A DNA stretch of 64,000 bases from Eubacteriales bacterium (GTDB taxonomy: Bacteria > Bacillota > Clostridia > Oscillospirales > CAG-272). This document shows positions 37,102 to 46,103 of this stretch, one piece after another. The stretch lies in NCBI GenBank assembly GCA_045651165.1, contig JAZRRX010000039.1, positions 251,866 to 315,865 of the forward strand, written 5' to 3'. How positions within the stretch are numbered: the stretch's first letter is position 1; every line of letters starts with the position of its first letter. Under the pieces are notes generated by a model that was not told the DNA's origin, made no database searches, and worked only from the letters and a program-made list of their open reading frames with translations. The position numbers were made by a program, and so were the translations under genes.

Positions 37102-38955
37102 TTATTTTGAAATCTCACCTGAAATGCTAAAAGGAATTTCTACAGGAGTTTCGTTGGGCATCCAAGCATCCATACCAAGTTGAGCAGTCATATTCTTATA
37201 TTCTTCGCCCAGAGTCTCTCGTACTACTGCAAGACCGTCAACATAAATCGTTGCTATATTACCTTGACGCACAACCTTCAATTTAACGCCGTCAGCACTT
37301 TGGAGCTTTTCAATTTGACCCACATTGAGTCCATACTTAGTAGGCCATTTGTCAAACAAGCTATTGCCCAAGGTTGCATACTGCAATCTATAAGCACCAT
37401 CTTGGTAAAGCACATTTATATACCATTCCTTGCCGTTGGCAAATATGATACGCATACCCATACGCTGCTCTTTGTGGTCAGCTGTGATTCCGGCACTCGC
37501 AAGCGCAGTATCGTACTTGAGTGTCATTTCAAAGACAAAATCATTAAAGCTGTCATTAGAAAGGACACATGCTCTGCCCGTGTTCTTATACAAGATGCCT
37601 TCATTTTGATCATCAAGCACCCAATTCTTGGCATTGGTATCATTGTAATGGAAAAGGTTGTATTCCAAATCCACATCCACCTTGGTATCTCGGTTCAAGT
37701 AAACGCCACGAATAGCAGATGTATAGCCATTCTTTTCTGCGCGTAATTCATAGTAACCGGGAGCCATATCCTTCAGCTCGAAATTACCGTTCTCGTCAAT
37801 CGTAACAGGCGAACCATTACAGGTAAAGGTAACACCATCAAAGCTATCAGCAAACAGCGCATTTTTAAGCTGCAACTGACCACTAAGTGTGCTATTGCCT
37901 TCTTTTATAACCTCTGCAATTGCAGAAACAGTAATCTCTTTTGTAACATTATTGATAGTCAGCGTTGCACTACCATCATTGTTATATTTGACATCGCTAA
38001 TGCGCTCTTTACCATCCACCAGCACAGAAGTAATAGAATACCCTGCTTCAGGTGTCACGGTAATGGTCGCACTCTTGCCTGATAGCACGGACGCCTGACC
38101 GGAAATGCTGTAATGCTCACCGTTAACGAAGGTAACGGGAACTGTACCAACTGCACCATTCTTGTCGAACTTATATAAACGATAAACATCGTTAAAGCTA
38201 GCGCCAATCTGTTCTGCAAACTGGTACCAATATCTGTCTATGTCGGTATTTGTTCCGGCATAATTAAAAGAAGTAATGTGGGCAATATTTACAAGGGCAT
38301 GATCCTTCATCTTCGCCACATCAACGTCTAACCACTCTAAATAATTCCACGGAATGAACAACTCCAATACATATCCGTAACATTCACTTGTGTTAATAGC
38401 ACCACCCTTTGTTGTAGCACCAAGTCTTGCCATTTTGTCGTTAGTTGTTTTTGCATCGACATAGCCCCACTTACCATTGGTCATCTTAAATACCATATTT
38501 CCGGTAGGCTGAAGGTCTATTTCAAAGAAATTGTTTTCTCTGTCATTTTTAGTACCTGCAGGTGCCAAATACAATTCAATACCACTGTTCAAAACAGATG
38601 ATCTGTTGGGATTTACATAAATCGGGAAGCTTTCTGTTACATCGAACACAAAATACATTCCCTGCTCACCGAAATGGCTTGTTACCGCAATATTTACGTT
38701 GTTACCTTCGCCGTTGTTGCTTAAGTACAACCACTTTGCGTTTTTATAAGCTTCTTCATCTGCGATACCATCAATCTTAAAACCATCATCTGGTTGAGCC
38801 ATTTCTGGCTCAGGATTTGTAAATGTATATTCCTTGTCCGTCGTCACTTCTTTAATTCGCGAATTAGCCGCACAGCCTACAAGGCTCACAACTAACATCG
38901 CAAGTATAAGCATAAGAAGTGTGCGCTTGGAGATCGTAAAATTCATTTTTTTCAT
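37102..38955 (-). CDS. Surface lipoprotein, putative non-catalytic glycan-binding protein
   Basis: Lipobox SLVGC. A CBM9-like N-domain (IDGIADEEAYKNAKW), an Ig-like segment (VTPEAGYSITSVLVDGKE) and a CarboxypepD_reg-like segment (GNFELKDMAPGYYELRAEKNGYT). The C-terminal jelly-roll resembles those of the neighbouring lipoprotein. Confidence 0.6.
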   Translation of the reverse strand: MKKMNFTISKRTLLMLILAMLVVSLVGCAANSRIKEVTTDKEYTFTNPEPEMAQPDDGFKIDGIADEEAYKNAKWLYLSNNGEGNNVNIAVTSHFGEQGMYFVFDVTESFPIYVNPNRSSVLNSGIELYLAPAGTKNDRENNFFEIDLQPTGNMVFKMTNGKWGYVDAKTTNDKMARLGATTKGGAINTSECYGYVLELFIPWNYLEWLDVDVAKMKDHALVNIAHITSFNYAGTNTDIDRYWYQFAEQIGASFNDVYRLYKFDKNGAVGTVPVTFVNGEHYSISGQASVLSGKSATITVTPEAGYSITSVLVDGKERISDVKYNNDGSATLTINNVTKEITVSAIAEVIKEGNSTLSGQLQLKNALFADSFDGVTFTCNGSPVTIDENGNFELKDMAPGYYELRAEKNGYTSAIRGVYLNRDTKVDVDLEYNLFHYNDTNAKNWVLDDQNEGILYKNTGRACVLSNDSFNDFVFEMTLKYDTALASAGITADHKEQRMGMRIIFANGKEWYINVLYQDGAYRLQYATLGNSLFDKWPTKYGLNVGQIEKLQSADGVKLKVVRQGNIATIYVDGLAVVRETLGEEYKNMTAQLGMDAWMPNETPVEIPFSISGEISK

Positions 38956-38967
38956 AACGATCCCTCC

Positions 38968-40848
38968 TTACTTACCCAAAACACGAATTTCAGAAATACC
39001 TACGGAATCCTGGTTCGCAGGTACATCAATCGTGATTCTGATGGACTTTACATTCAACTCGGCAAACTCTGCATAGGCAGCTGCACCAGGAGAAATATAG
39101 AAAATAGATCCGTCATAGTCATTTGCCTGATAACATTCTGCACTGAGCTCAACATTCTTAATATAACGAATAACTTCTTTGCCATCTTCTATGCACACAA
39201 ACTCTATACGTGCAATTTTGGCAAAAGCTGCAAACTCATCTTTAGAAGTATAGACCATAACCGCGCGCACAGTTCGTGCTTCTTCAAAATCTAAAGTGAA
39301 GGTAGTGGTCTTTGTAATTACAGTCTCCTGAATATATTGTCCAAAGTCCTCATTAAGATATTTATAAACAGAAAGTAGACCATCATTCAAGTATTTAGCA
39401 TCTCCGTGGCCACTTATAGTTGCTTCGTCAGCAATATTCTTATAGTCAGAAAACGCTTCAATCTTAGGCTGTACTGTAGCAGTAGGACCGTTTGCGTACA
39501 TAACATCAAGATTGTTGCCAAATTTATCTACAATAGTAATCCATTTAATCTCATCCACTGCGGGATTACGCGCACCACCACCCACAATGGGATCATTGTG
39601 ACGGTGATAGATCATAAGAAGCTGATCACCTGCTTGTACAAAGCTATGGTGACCGGTACCTGTAATGTCCTGACTGCCCGAAAGCTCACCGGACATCAGT
39701 ATACCACCTTCCTCCAAAGTCAGCTTACGATAAGGTCCTGTCAAGTTGTCAGAAACAGCCTGCACCACCTGATAAGAGTTATCAGCATATGCTCCAATGG
39801 AAAAAGTTAAATAATACTTGCCATTATGCTCAAGAACCGCAGGACCTTCGTTGATAGAAGTTCCAGTCAACTCATATGGAACATTTTCAACTATCTCACC
39901 ATCGAGAGCTGCGAAATAGTCCTCTACAGTATAGAAACTATGACAAGCAAGAATCTTAGCAGTAGACCAGTCAGGCTTTAACCAGTTTTCCATTTTCACA
40001 ACAGAAATACGGTCAGAACCGCTACTATCTACCCAAAACAGGTATTTATCGCCATTTTCATCCACATAAGGATGGGGGTCTATGGCGCCTTCGAATCCAC
40101 CACGGCTAAAACCTCTAAATCCGCCGTTTGCTTCTGCAAAGGCCATATACTCTGCAGGATCAAAAAGCAAATACTTAGCAAAATAATGGGGCCATGTAGG
40201 CATATATTCGTCGGTTGTAGAATCCTTAATGCCGGGTGTTCTATTAAAGTTGTGCAAATTCTCCTCACCACAGCTTTCAGCATCCATAAAGTTCACTGGT
40301 ACAAAGCCGTGGGTGGGATATTCAGAAACGGCAACCATCATAAGTTCCTTATACGTTCCATCCATTACGCCATTGCCTGCTGTAACATTAGTATCTACAT
40401 CAGGTGTAGCGCTAAAGAACATATAGTATCTGCCATCATCAGAATCATATACTACTTCCGGTGCCCAGATATCCTTCCATACGGTTCTGCGTACCTCACT
40501 GGGTTGATTATTTACAAAGTCCTGAATATCAAGAGCATTGCCAACGGGTTCCCAATTCATCAAATCTTTAGAACGGGAGCAGAAAATATCTCCATGGGTA
40601 CCGTAAAGGTAGTAATAGCCGTCCCTAGCAGTGTTATCAAAAACAAAGGGGTCCGCAGCATCATCAATCTTATGATCGTTGCGATAGAAAAGTTCTTGAT
40701 TATATTCTGCTTTGCTCTGACCATCCTGCAACAACCCCTGATAGTTGGGGACCTCATACTGTACCTGTGACGTACAGCCTGTAAGAAGTACGCAGGACAA
40801 AAGCAGACTTGTGGTCAAAAGCAATGCTATAGTTCGTATTTTATTCAT
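38968..40848 (-). CDS. GH43 glycosidase lipoprotein with C-terminal discoidin/CBM32-like domain
   Basis: Lipobox LLTGC. GH43 motifs ADPFVFDN, YYYLYGT, IWAPEVVY and EGPAVLEHNGKYYL. The C-terminal domain of about 150 aa is F5/8-type-C-like. Confidence 0.82.
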   Translation of the reverse strand: MNKIRTIALLLTTSLLLSCVLLTGCTSQVQYEVPNYQGLLQDGQSKAEYNQELFYRNDHKIDDAADPFVFDNTARDGYYYLYGTHGDIFCSRSKDLMNWEPVGNALDIQDFVNNQPSEVRRTVWKDIWAPEVVYDSDDGRYYMFFSATPDVDTNVTAGNGVMDGTYKELMMVAVSEYPTHGFVPVNFMDAESCGEENLHNFNRTPGIKDSTTDEYMPTWPHYFAKYLLFDPAEYMAFAEANGGFRGFSRGGFEGAIDPHPYVDENGDKYLFWVDSSGSDRISVVKMENWLKPDWSTAKILACHSFYTVEDYFAALDGEIVENVPYELTGTSINEGPAVLEHNGKYYLTFSIGAYADNSYQVVQAVSDNLTGPYRKLTLEEGGILMSGELSGSQDITGTGHHSFVQAGDQLLMIYHRHNDPIVGGGARNPAVDEIKWITIVDKFGNNLDVMYANGPTATVQPKIEAFSDYKNIADEATISGHGDAKYLNDGLLSVYKYLNEDFGQYIQETVITKTTTFTLDFEEARTVRAVMVYTSKDEFAAFAKIARIEFVCIEDGKEVIRYIKNVELSAECYQANDYDGSIFYISPGAAAYAEFAELNVKSIRITIDVPANQDSVGISEIRVLGK

Positions 40849-40862
40849 TTAAGCACCTCCAT

Positions 40863-41747
40863 TTATTCCTTGACGCCGCCTTCGGAAACACCTTCAATAA
40901 AGTATTTTTGCAGACAGCAGTATATGATAACCAGTGGTAACATTCCCAAAATCGCCGCGGCCATATGAATATTCTCACTGCCAAGGCCGGGAAACAGTTC
41001 TCTGATTTGACTCAGGTATAACTGCAAGGTTACAAACTGTGGCTGATCCTGCAAATAAAGCTGCGGAGCCAAATAGCTGTTATAGCCAGCCACAAAACCA
41101 AAAATAAATTGTGCAATAAAGGCAGGTTTTGCAAGTGGGAACAAGATTTTTGTAAAGCATTGGAAAAATCCAGCACCGTCAAGCGTTGCCGCCTCGATTA
41201 ATGAGTTGGGTATTCCATCAAAAAATAGACGTAGGAAAAATACCGTTCCTAAGCTACCCAACATACCGGGAATCAGCAAAGGCAAGAAGCCCTTGTCTCC
41301 CGTCCAACCGATTGCTGAAAAGAACACATAAGAAATAACACTAAATGCGCCCAAAGGGATGGAACGGATGATTACCGAGAATCTAAATAGTTGTTCCTTA
41401 AAAGGAAAATTCATTTTTGAGAATGCATAAGCAGAAAAACCGGAAACAACTAAACCAATCACCAATGGAATCAGCGTCAGCCACATTGTGTTAACAAAGC
41501 CGAGCACCAAACCGGGCATACCGGTTAAATCCGCATAAAAGTCATATTCAAAAATTGCTTTGTAGGCATCAAAAGTAAAGTTTTCTGGCCACCAAATAAA
41601 ATCAATAGTGCTTGCCAATTCCTCAGTTGAAGTAAATGATGTAATTAAAACTGTAGCAATGGGGAAAAATAGAAACACTGCATAAACGAACAGCACCAGA
41701 ATAACCAAAATTTTTCCCAAAGAAAATTTCTTTTTCATATTCTTCAC
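40863..41747 (-). CDS. Carbohydrate ABC transporter permease (MalG/LplC-like)
   Basis: Six TM segments and an EAA loop (IEAATLDGAGFFQCFTKILFPLAKP). The start could instead be ATG 41738. Confidence 0.88.
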   Translation of the reverse strand: MKNMKKKFSLGKILVILVLFVYAVFLFFPIATVLITSFTSTEELASTIDFIWWPENFTFDAYKAIFEYDFYADLTGMPGLVLGFVNTMWLTLIPLVIGLVVSGFSAYAFSKMNFPFKEQLFRFSVIIRSIPLGAFSVISYVFFSAIGWTGDKGFLPLLIPGMLGSLGTVFFLRLFFDGIPNSLIEAATLDGAGFFQCFTKILFPLAKPAFIAQFIFGFVAGYNSYLAPQLYLQDQPQFVTLQLYLSQIRELFPGLGSENIHMAAAILGMLPLVIIYCCLQKYFIEGVSEGGVKE

Positions 41748-41753
41748 CGTCCT

Positions 41754-42737
41754 TTACTTCAAACTCTTTTCTCTGAGTCGGAACATAATCATAGATATTG
41801 TACCGGTCACAAAGAAAAGCATCCAGCTAATTACGCAAGCGCAGGAAACCATATAGCTAACGCCATTGGCATCGCTGGTAGAAGCATTGGTAATCAGGTA
41901 ATATACCAAACGAATTAGAGTAAGACCCATAGACTCCACACCTCCGGGAGAACCCCAAGCATCTGGAATGATCAAAACTGCTAAATCGTAGGTTAACAAA
42001 CCTGCCATTGCACCCGCTTGTAGCAAGAAGAATGTGGTAGGGCTAATACCTGGCAATGTTACATGCCAAAATTTCTGCCAAACGTTTGCGCCATCCACAT
42101 CTGCCGCTTCGTATAAAGAATTATTAATGCCAGTAAAAGCCGCCTTATACATAACAATACCGTAACCCGGTGCTTGCCAAATAACGGCTGCAATAATTGT
42201 CCAAGTAATTGTGTCCGGATTGCGTAGCCAGTCGATATTTGTACCCAAGATGGCATTTAAAATACCACCGTCGCTAGCAAATAACCATCTCCACATCAAG
42301 GAAACCGCTACTGTGGAGCAAATATAAGGTATAAAGAACAAAACTTGGAACATCTTTGCACCTTTAGGTTTTTGATGCAAAAGTGTAGCAATAAAAAGCG
42401 CAATTGCAAGTGTAACCAACTGCGTGGATGCAATCCACGCAGTTATAATCACTGCCTTGTAAAAATATTTTGCTAAATCAAAATAAAACAGTTCATAGGC
42501 ATGTCCAGGGATAAATACAGACTTGAAACCCTCAAAATTATTCCACTGGATATTAGTCAGATCATAAAGATCCACATTGCAAAACATACCTATAAAAGAT
42601 ATCAGCAAAGGAAAGCCATTAAAAACGACAAAGCCAAGCAACGGAATAGATGCAATAATAAACGCCAAAATCTGTTCCTTTCTCCACTTTCGCTTTTTGT
42701 TCTGCAGGTTCTCCGTGAATAACTTCTTTTGGGTCAT
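41754..42737 (-). CDS. Carbohydrate ABC transporter permease (MalF/LplB-like)
   Basis: EAA loop YEAADVDGANVWQKFWHVTLPGISP. GGAGAT RBS inside the end of the SBP gene. Confidence 0.88.
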   Translation of the reverse strand: MTQKKLFTENLQNKKRKWRKEQILAFIIASIPLLGFVVFNGFPLLISFIGMFCNVDLYDLTNIQWNNFEGFKSVFIPGHAYELFYFDLAKYFYKAVIITAWIASTQLVTLAIALFIATLLHQKPKGAKMFQVLFFIPYICSTVAVSLMWRWLFASDGGILNAILGTNIDWLRNPDTITWTIIAAVIWQAPGYGIVMYKAAFTGINNSLYEAADVDGANVWQKFWHVTLPGISPTTFFLLQAGAMAGLLTYDLAVLIIPDAWGSPGGVESMGLTLIRLVYYLITNASTSDANGVSYMVSCACVISWMLFFVTGTISMIMFRLREKSLK

Positions 42738-42740
42738 AGA

Positions 42741-44549
42741 TTATCTCCCGTTGATGTAAATTGTCATGCCCTTCAACAAGTTATTTGCTGTACTCTCATA
42801 CTGTGTAAAGAAAGCAGCCAACGTCATATTACCTTCACGAACCGTAGTATTAAAAGGTACGGACCATTCGGTAATCCATGTTGTAGAGGTAAAGTAGGTG
42901 TAGTCGCCGATCTCTGCGTGCTGCGCCATGAAGCTGCCTGCCCACATATTAGAGATAAGACGATCTGAGGAAGAATTATAAGCATCGCTCATACCGATAG
43001 AGGTCTGGTTGGGAACATACTTATTACCCTTTGCCAAGATTGCCTGGCCCTCAGGACCTGCTACCCAAGATGCGAACTTGAATGCCTCGTCATAATTCTT
43101 ATTCTTGGTATTTGCAGGAAGGAAGAGACCCAAAGACTCGCTTTCAGTTGCAGCCTCACCAACAATGGGTGTGCCGTTTTCTGTATGTAATTCACCAGTG
43201 TAAACCTTACCGTCGTAAGTCTCACCGATTACCTTCAAATATTCCTTGCCGTTTACAGTATATGTGCTGCCTCCAACATACTCACGGTACTGAGCAGTAA
43301 CAGCCATACCCAAACCTTCGCCAAGTACATTCTTGAAAGACTGAATGTTACGGAAGTCCTCAATAAGCATAAGGGACTTGCCGGAAGTAAAGAGCTGGTT
43401 GCGTCCCTCTGTGGTAGAAGGTGCAACGCCGTAACCATAAACTCCTGTTTCGGTCTGCTTATTGGAAGGAACACCCAAACGAGTGAATTCCAAAATTGCT
43501 TCATAAGTAGAAGGCAATGCATAAACCTTGCCGTTCAAAGCACTAAGTGCGGATGCGTTGTTGTTCAAGAAGGTCTTGTCTTCATAGTGAAGAACTTCAC
43601 CCTTGCTATAGCTATTACCGTTCACGGTAATGTCTGCCAAAGCTAAGTAACCAGGCTGTTTGTCGCCAAGGGTAAGCTTGTAGTTGTTAGAAGCAGGGTC
43701 CCATCCGATACAATCCGCACCAACTGAGAATCCCATATTGAACCACCATTCACTAACGAAACCATACTGATTGGATGTTGTGAATGCGCTAGCGAGGCAA
43801 CGCTGCTCTTCCCAGTTCATACCGATACTCTCGTTAAATACTTTATAAACAGTCTTGCCCGCTTGATTGGTGCTACTCTTAGCGCCTGCAAAGGGGGCCA
43901 CTTTATATTCAGCATAGCCGTGAGGCATAAGTTTTGCGTTATTAGCAGTATTATATGCTGCCAATTCGCTCTCGGGAACAGAAATAATGTTGATACCAGC
44001 TGCAATCATCATATCCTTGTTGTAGAACAACATCTGAGGATCGCTACCATTGGGGAGAGCCAAAAGGCTTGCGCCTGCACCGGCCTGGAATTTGCCGTTG
44101 TTAGACTTAGTTGTATTTAAACGATAACGATTGATCAAAGATTCAGGAATATCACTCCAGTTCATCTTAGCCTTAACATCATCTGTCAAATAGTTGTCCA
44201 AATTAACAAAGAAATTGCCGTTTGTAGCCAATGCCTTAAATGCATCGTCCTTCAACTCAATTACATCGTACTGATAGTTGCCGCGCAATGCACTTTCCAA
44301 ACCGGAAATCACACCGGGATTTGCACGAAACTGTACATATACACCGTCAATAACACCCTGTGTTTCATTATAGGTGTTGACCATTTCATTATAAGCCTCT
44401 TGCATCTGAGCATCTACAAAAGAAGCCGCATAGTAAATAACGGTTCTGTCACCAGCTTCAGGTGGTTTCTTAGGGCCGCAAGCAACTATTCCTGCTGCCA
44501 TAACTAATACCAGCATCAACGCCAATACTCTACAAAATGTTTTCTTCAT
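42741..44549 (-). CDS. Extracellular solute-binding lipoprotein, unusually long (602 aa)
   Basis: Lipobox GIVACG. ATG 44549 has an AGGAGG RBS. Family-1 SBP-like, first gene of the SBP-permease-permease operon. No ATPase gene in the locus. Confidence 0.8.
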   Translation of the reverse strand: MKKTFCRVLALMLVLVMAAGIVACGPKKPPEAGDRTVIYYAASFVDAQMQEAYNEMVNTYNETQGVIDGVYVQFRANPGVISGLESALRGNYQYDVIELKDDAFKALATNGNFFVNLDNYLTDDVKAKMNWSDIPESLINRYRLNTTKSNNGKFQAGAGASLLALPNGSDPQMLFYNKDMMIAAGINIISVPESELAAYNTANNAKLMPHGYAEYKVAPFAGAKSSTNQAGKTVYKVFNESIGMNWEEQRCLASAFTTSNQYGFVSEWWFNMGFSVGADCIGWDPASNNYKLTLGDKQPGYLALADITVNGNSYSKGEVLHYEDKTFLNNNASALSALNGKVYALPSTYEAILEFTRLGVPSNKQTETGVYGYGVAPSTTEGRNQLFTSGKSLMLIEDFRNIQSFKNVLGEGLGMAVTAQYREYVGGSTYTVNGKEYLKVIGETYDGKVYTGELHTENGTPIVGEAATESESLGLFLPANTKNKNYDEAFKFASWVAGPEGQAILAKGNKYVPNQTSIGMSDAYNSSSDRLISNMWAGSFMAQHAEIGDYTYFTSTTWITEWSVPFNTTVREGNMTLAAFFTQYESTANNLLKGMTIYINGR

Positions 44550-44960
44550 ACTTTTTGCCTCCTGACTTTTAACTTGTGATAGTTTTTTGTTCATTGCGAA
44601 ACCACCACATAATTAATTAATAAATTTATAATTATAAAGCTTTTTGTTAAAAGCAATTTATAATCCAACTAATATATGCCAAAAATTCCATTCAACTTCG
44701 TTTCGTAACCTATGCCGCTTATTTTCAATTATGGAGCATGGATTTTTGACGTGTGATACTACTGCATAGTGTTCAAATGAAAGCTACAAACACTAAATTT
44801 GATTTTTAAGACATTAAAAATTCTGTAGGAAAAATAAGCAAGCCCTCATATTGAAAACAGCTACAATATAATTTATACATATTTTTTATTTAAATGCTCT
44901 ATCTATTTAGTATTTTACAACAAAATTAACAAATTTTCAATAAAAAAACCGCTAAAGATA

Positions 44961-44989
44961 TTGCATTTGACCAAGATGTGTGCTACAAT
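44961..44989 (+). promoter_or_regulatory. Sigma-A promoter of the ArsR-type regulator gene
   Basis: TTGCAT (44961-44966), 17-nt spacer, TGC-TACAAT (44984-44989). Confidence 0.55.
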
Positions 44990-45026
44990 ATTACTGTACC
45001 TAATAACAAATTAGAGGAGAAAACAA

Positions 45027-46004
45027 ATGCAAGAACACAATAATGACTTTATTGAAGACAGCAAAATAATATATGATATTCAGGGTACCAAGGATACGAC
45101 AAACCTCGCCACTTTGGGCAGAGCACTCTCTTCCCCCGTACGAATACAAATGATTCGCTTGGTTAACAAGAAGAACATGCTTGCGTCCGAGATAGCAGCA
45201 GAGCTTAATTTACCTCTTTCATCAACTATATTTCATCTCAATATTTTAGAGGATGCGGGAATTATCAAAAAAAGCTTCTCTACCAAGGGCAAGGGTACCC
45301 TCCATTGGTATACCTACTGCGCCAACATAGCCGTGATCCGTTTTCGAAATTCAAACGGAGACTCTAAGCCCGAAAGTCTAGCCCCTTACATCCATCATAT
45401 TAATATTGGAGAATATATTGATGCCGAGTTTTCAGATCAATGTGGAATTGCTACCGCCGAAAGGCAAATTATGAGCGGTGACCCACACAACGCCTTCGTC
45501 GCAGGACGTCACGACGCTCAGGTAATTTGGTCGCAGGGCTATGGCTCGCTTCTCTATGCTATTCCCAACAATTATGCCCAACAGGGAAAGCTTGACGAAA
45601 TCAAAATTTCTCTCGAAATTTGCTCCGAGGCACCGGGATTCAATAACGATTACCCGAGTGATATTACCTTCTCTATAAATGGGATTGAAGTTTGCACACT
45701 TGTTTCCCCAGGAGATTACGGAGATCGGTACGGAAAATTCACGCCGAGCTGGTGGTATCCCGAAAGCACAAAATACGGTATCCTCACAAACATAAGCATC
45801 AGATCGACCGGCGTATTTCTTAATGAAAGATTGGTAAACAAAAGCATTCGCCTCTACGATCTAAGGCTTCAGGAAAGCAATAAAACGACGTTTGGTATAG
45901 AGGTAAAGAAGAATGCGCAGCACCCCGGTGGATTTAACATTTTCGGTAGTAAATTTGGCGATTATGCTCAACATATAATTTTCACCGCAACCTATAGATT
46001 GTAA
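45027..46004 (+). CDS. ArsR-type winged-HTH regulator fused to a C-terminal domain of about 230 aa with unknown function
   Basis: HTH region LSSPVRIQMIRLVNKKNMLASEIAAELNLPLSSTIFHLNILEDAGII. The remaining ~230 aa are beta-rich and I recognise no motif in them. Confidence 0.7.
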   Translation: MQEHNNDFIEDSKIIYDIQGTKDTTNLATLGRALSSPVRIQMIRLVNKKNMLASEIAAELNLPLSSTIFHLNILEDAGIIKKSFSTKGKGTLHWYTYCANIAVIRFRNSNGDSKPESLAPYIHHINIGEYIDAEFSDQCGIATAERQIMSGDPHNAFVAGRHDAQVIWSQGYGSLLYAIPNNYAQQGKLDEIKISLEICSEAPGFNNDYPSDITFSINGIEVCTLVSPGDYGDRYGKFTPSWWYPESTKYGILTNISIRSTGVFLNERLVNKSIRLYDLRLQESNKTTFGIEVKKNAQHPGGFNIFGSKFGDYAQHIIFTATYRL

Positions 46005-46031
46005 TTAGTGGAGCAAAAGTATTTCTGCTTC

Positions 46032-46078
46032 TATATACAATAAACCGCGAGCTGTTAGCTCGCGGTTTATTGTATATA
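46032..46078. terminator. Bidirectional terminator within an extended palindrome
   Basis: TATATACAATAAACCGCGAGC tgtta GCTCGCGGTTTATTGTATATA, with 21-nt arms. Confidence 0.75.
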
Positions 46079-46103
46079 TCTTTGATAGCTTGTTTTACAT
46101 TAC

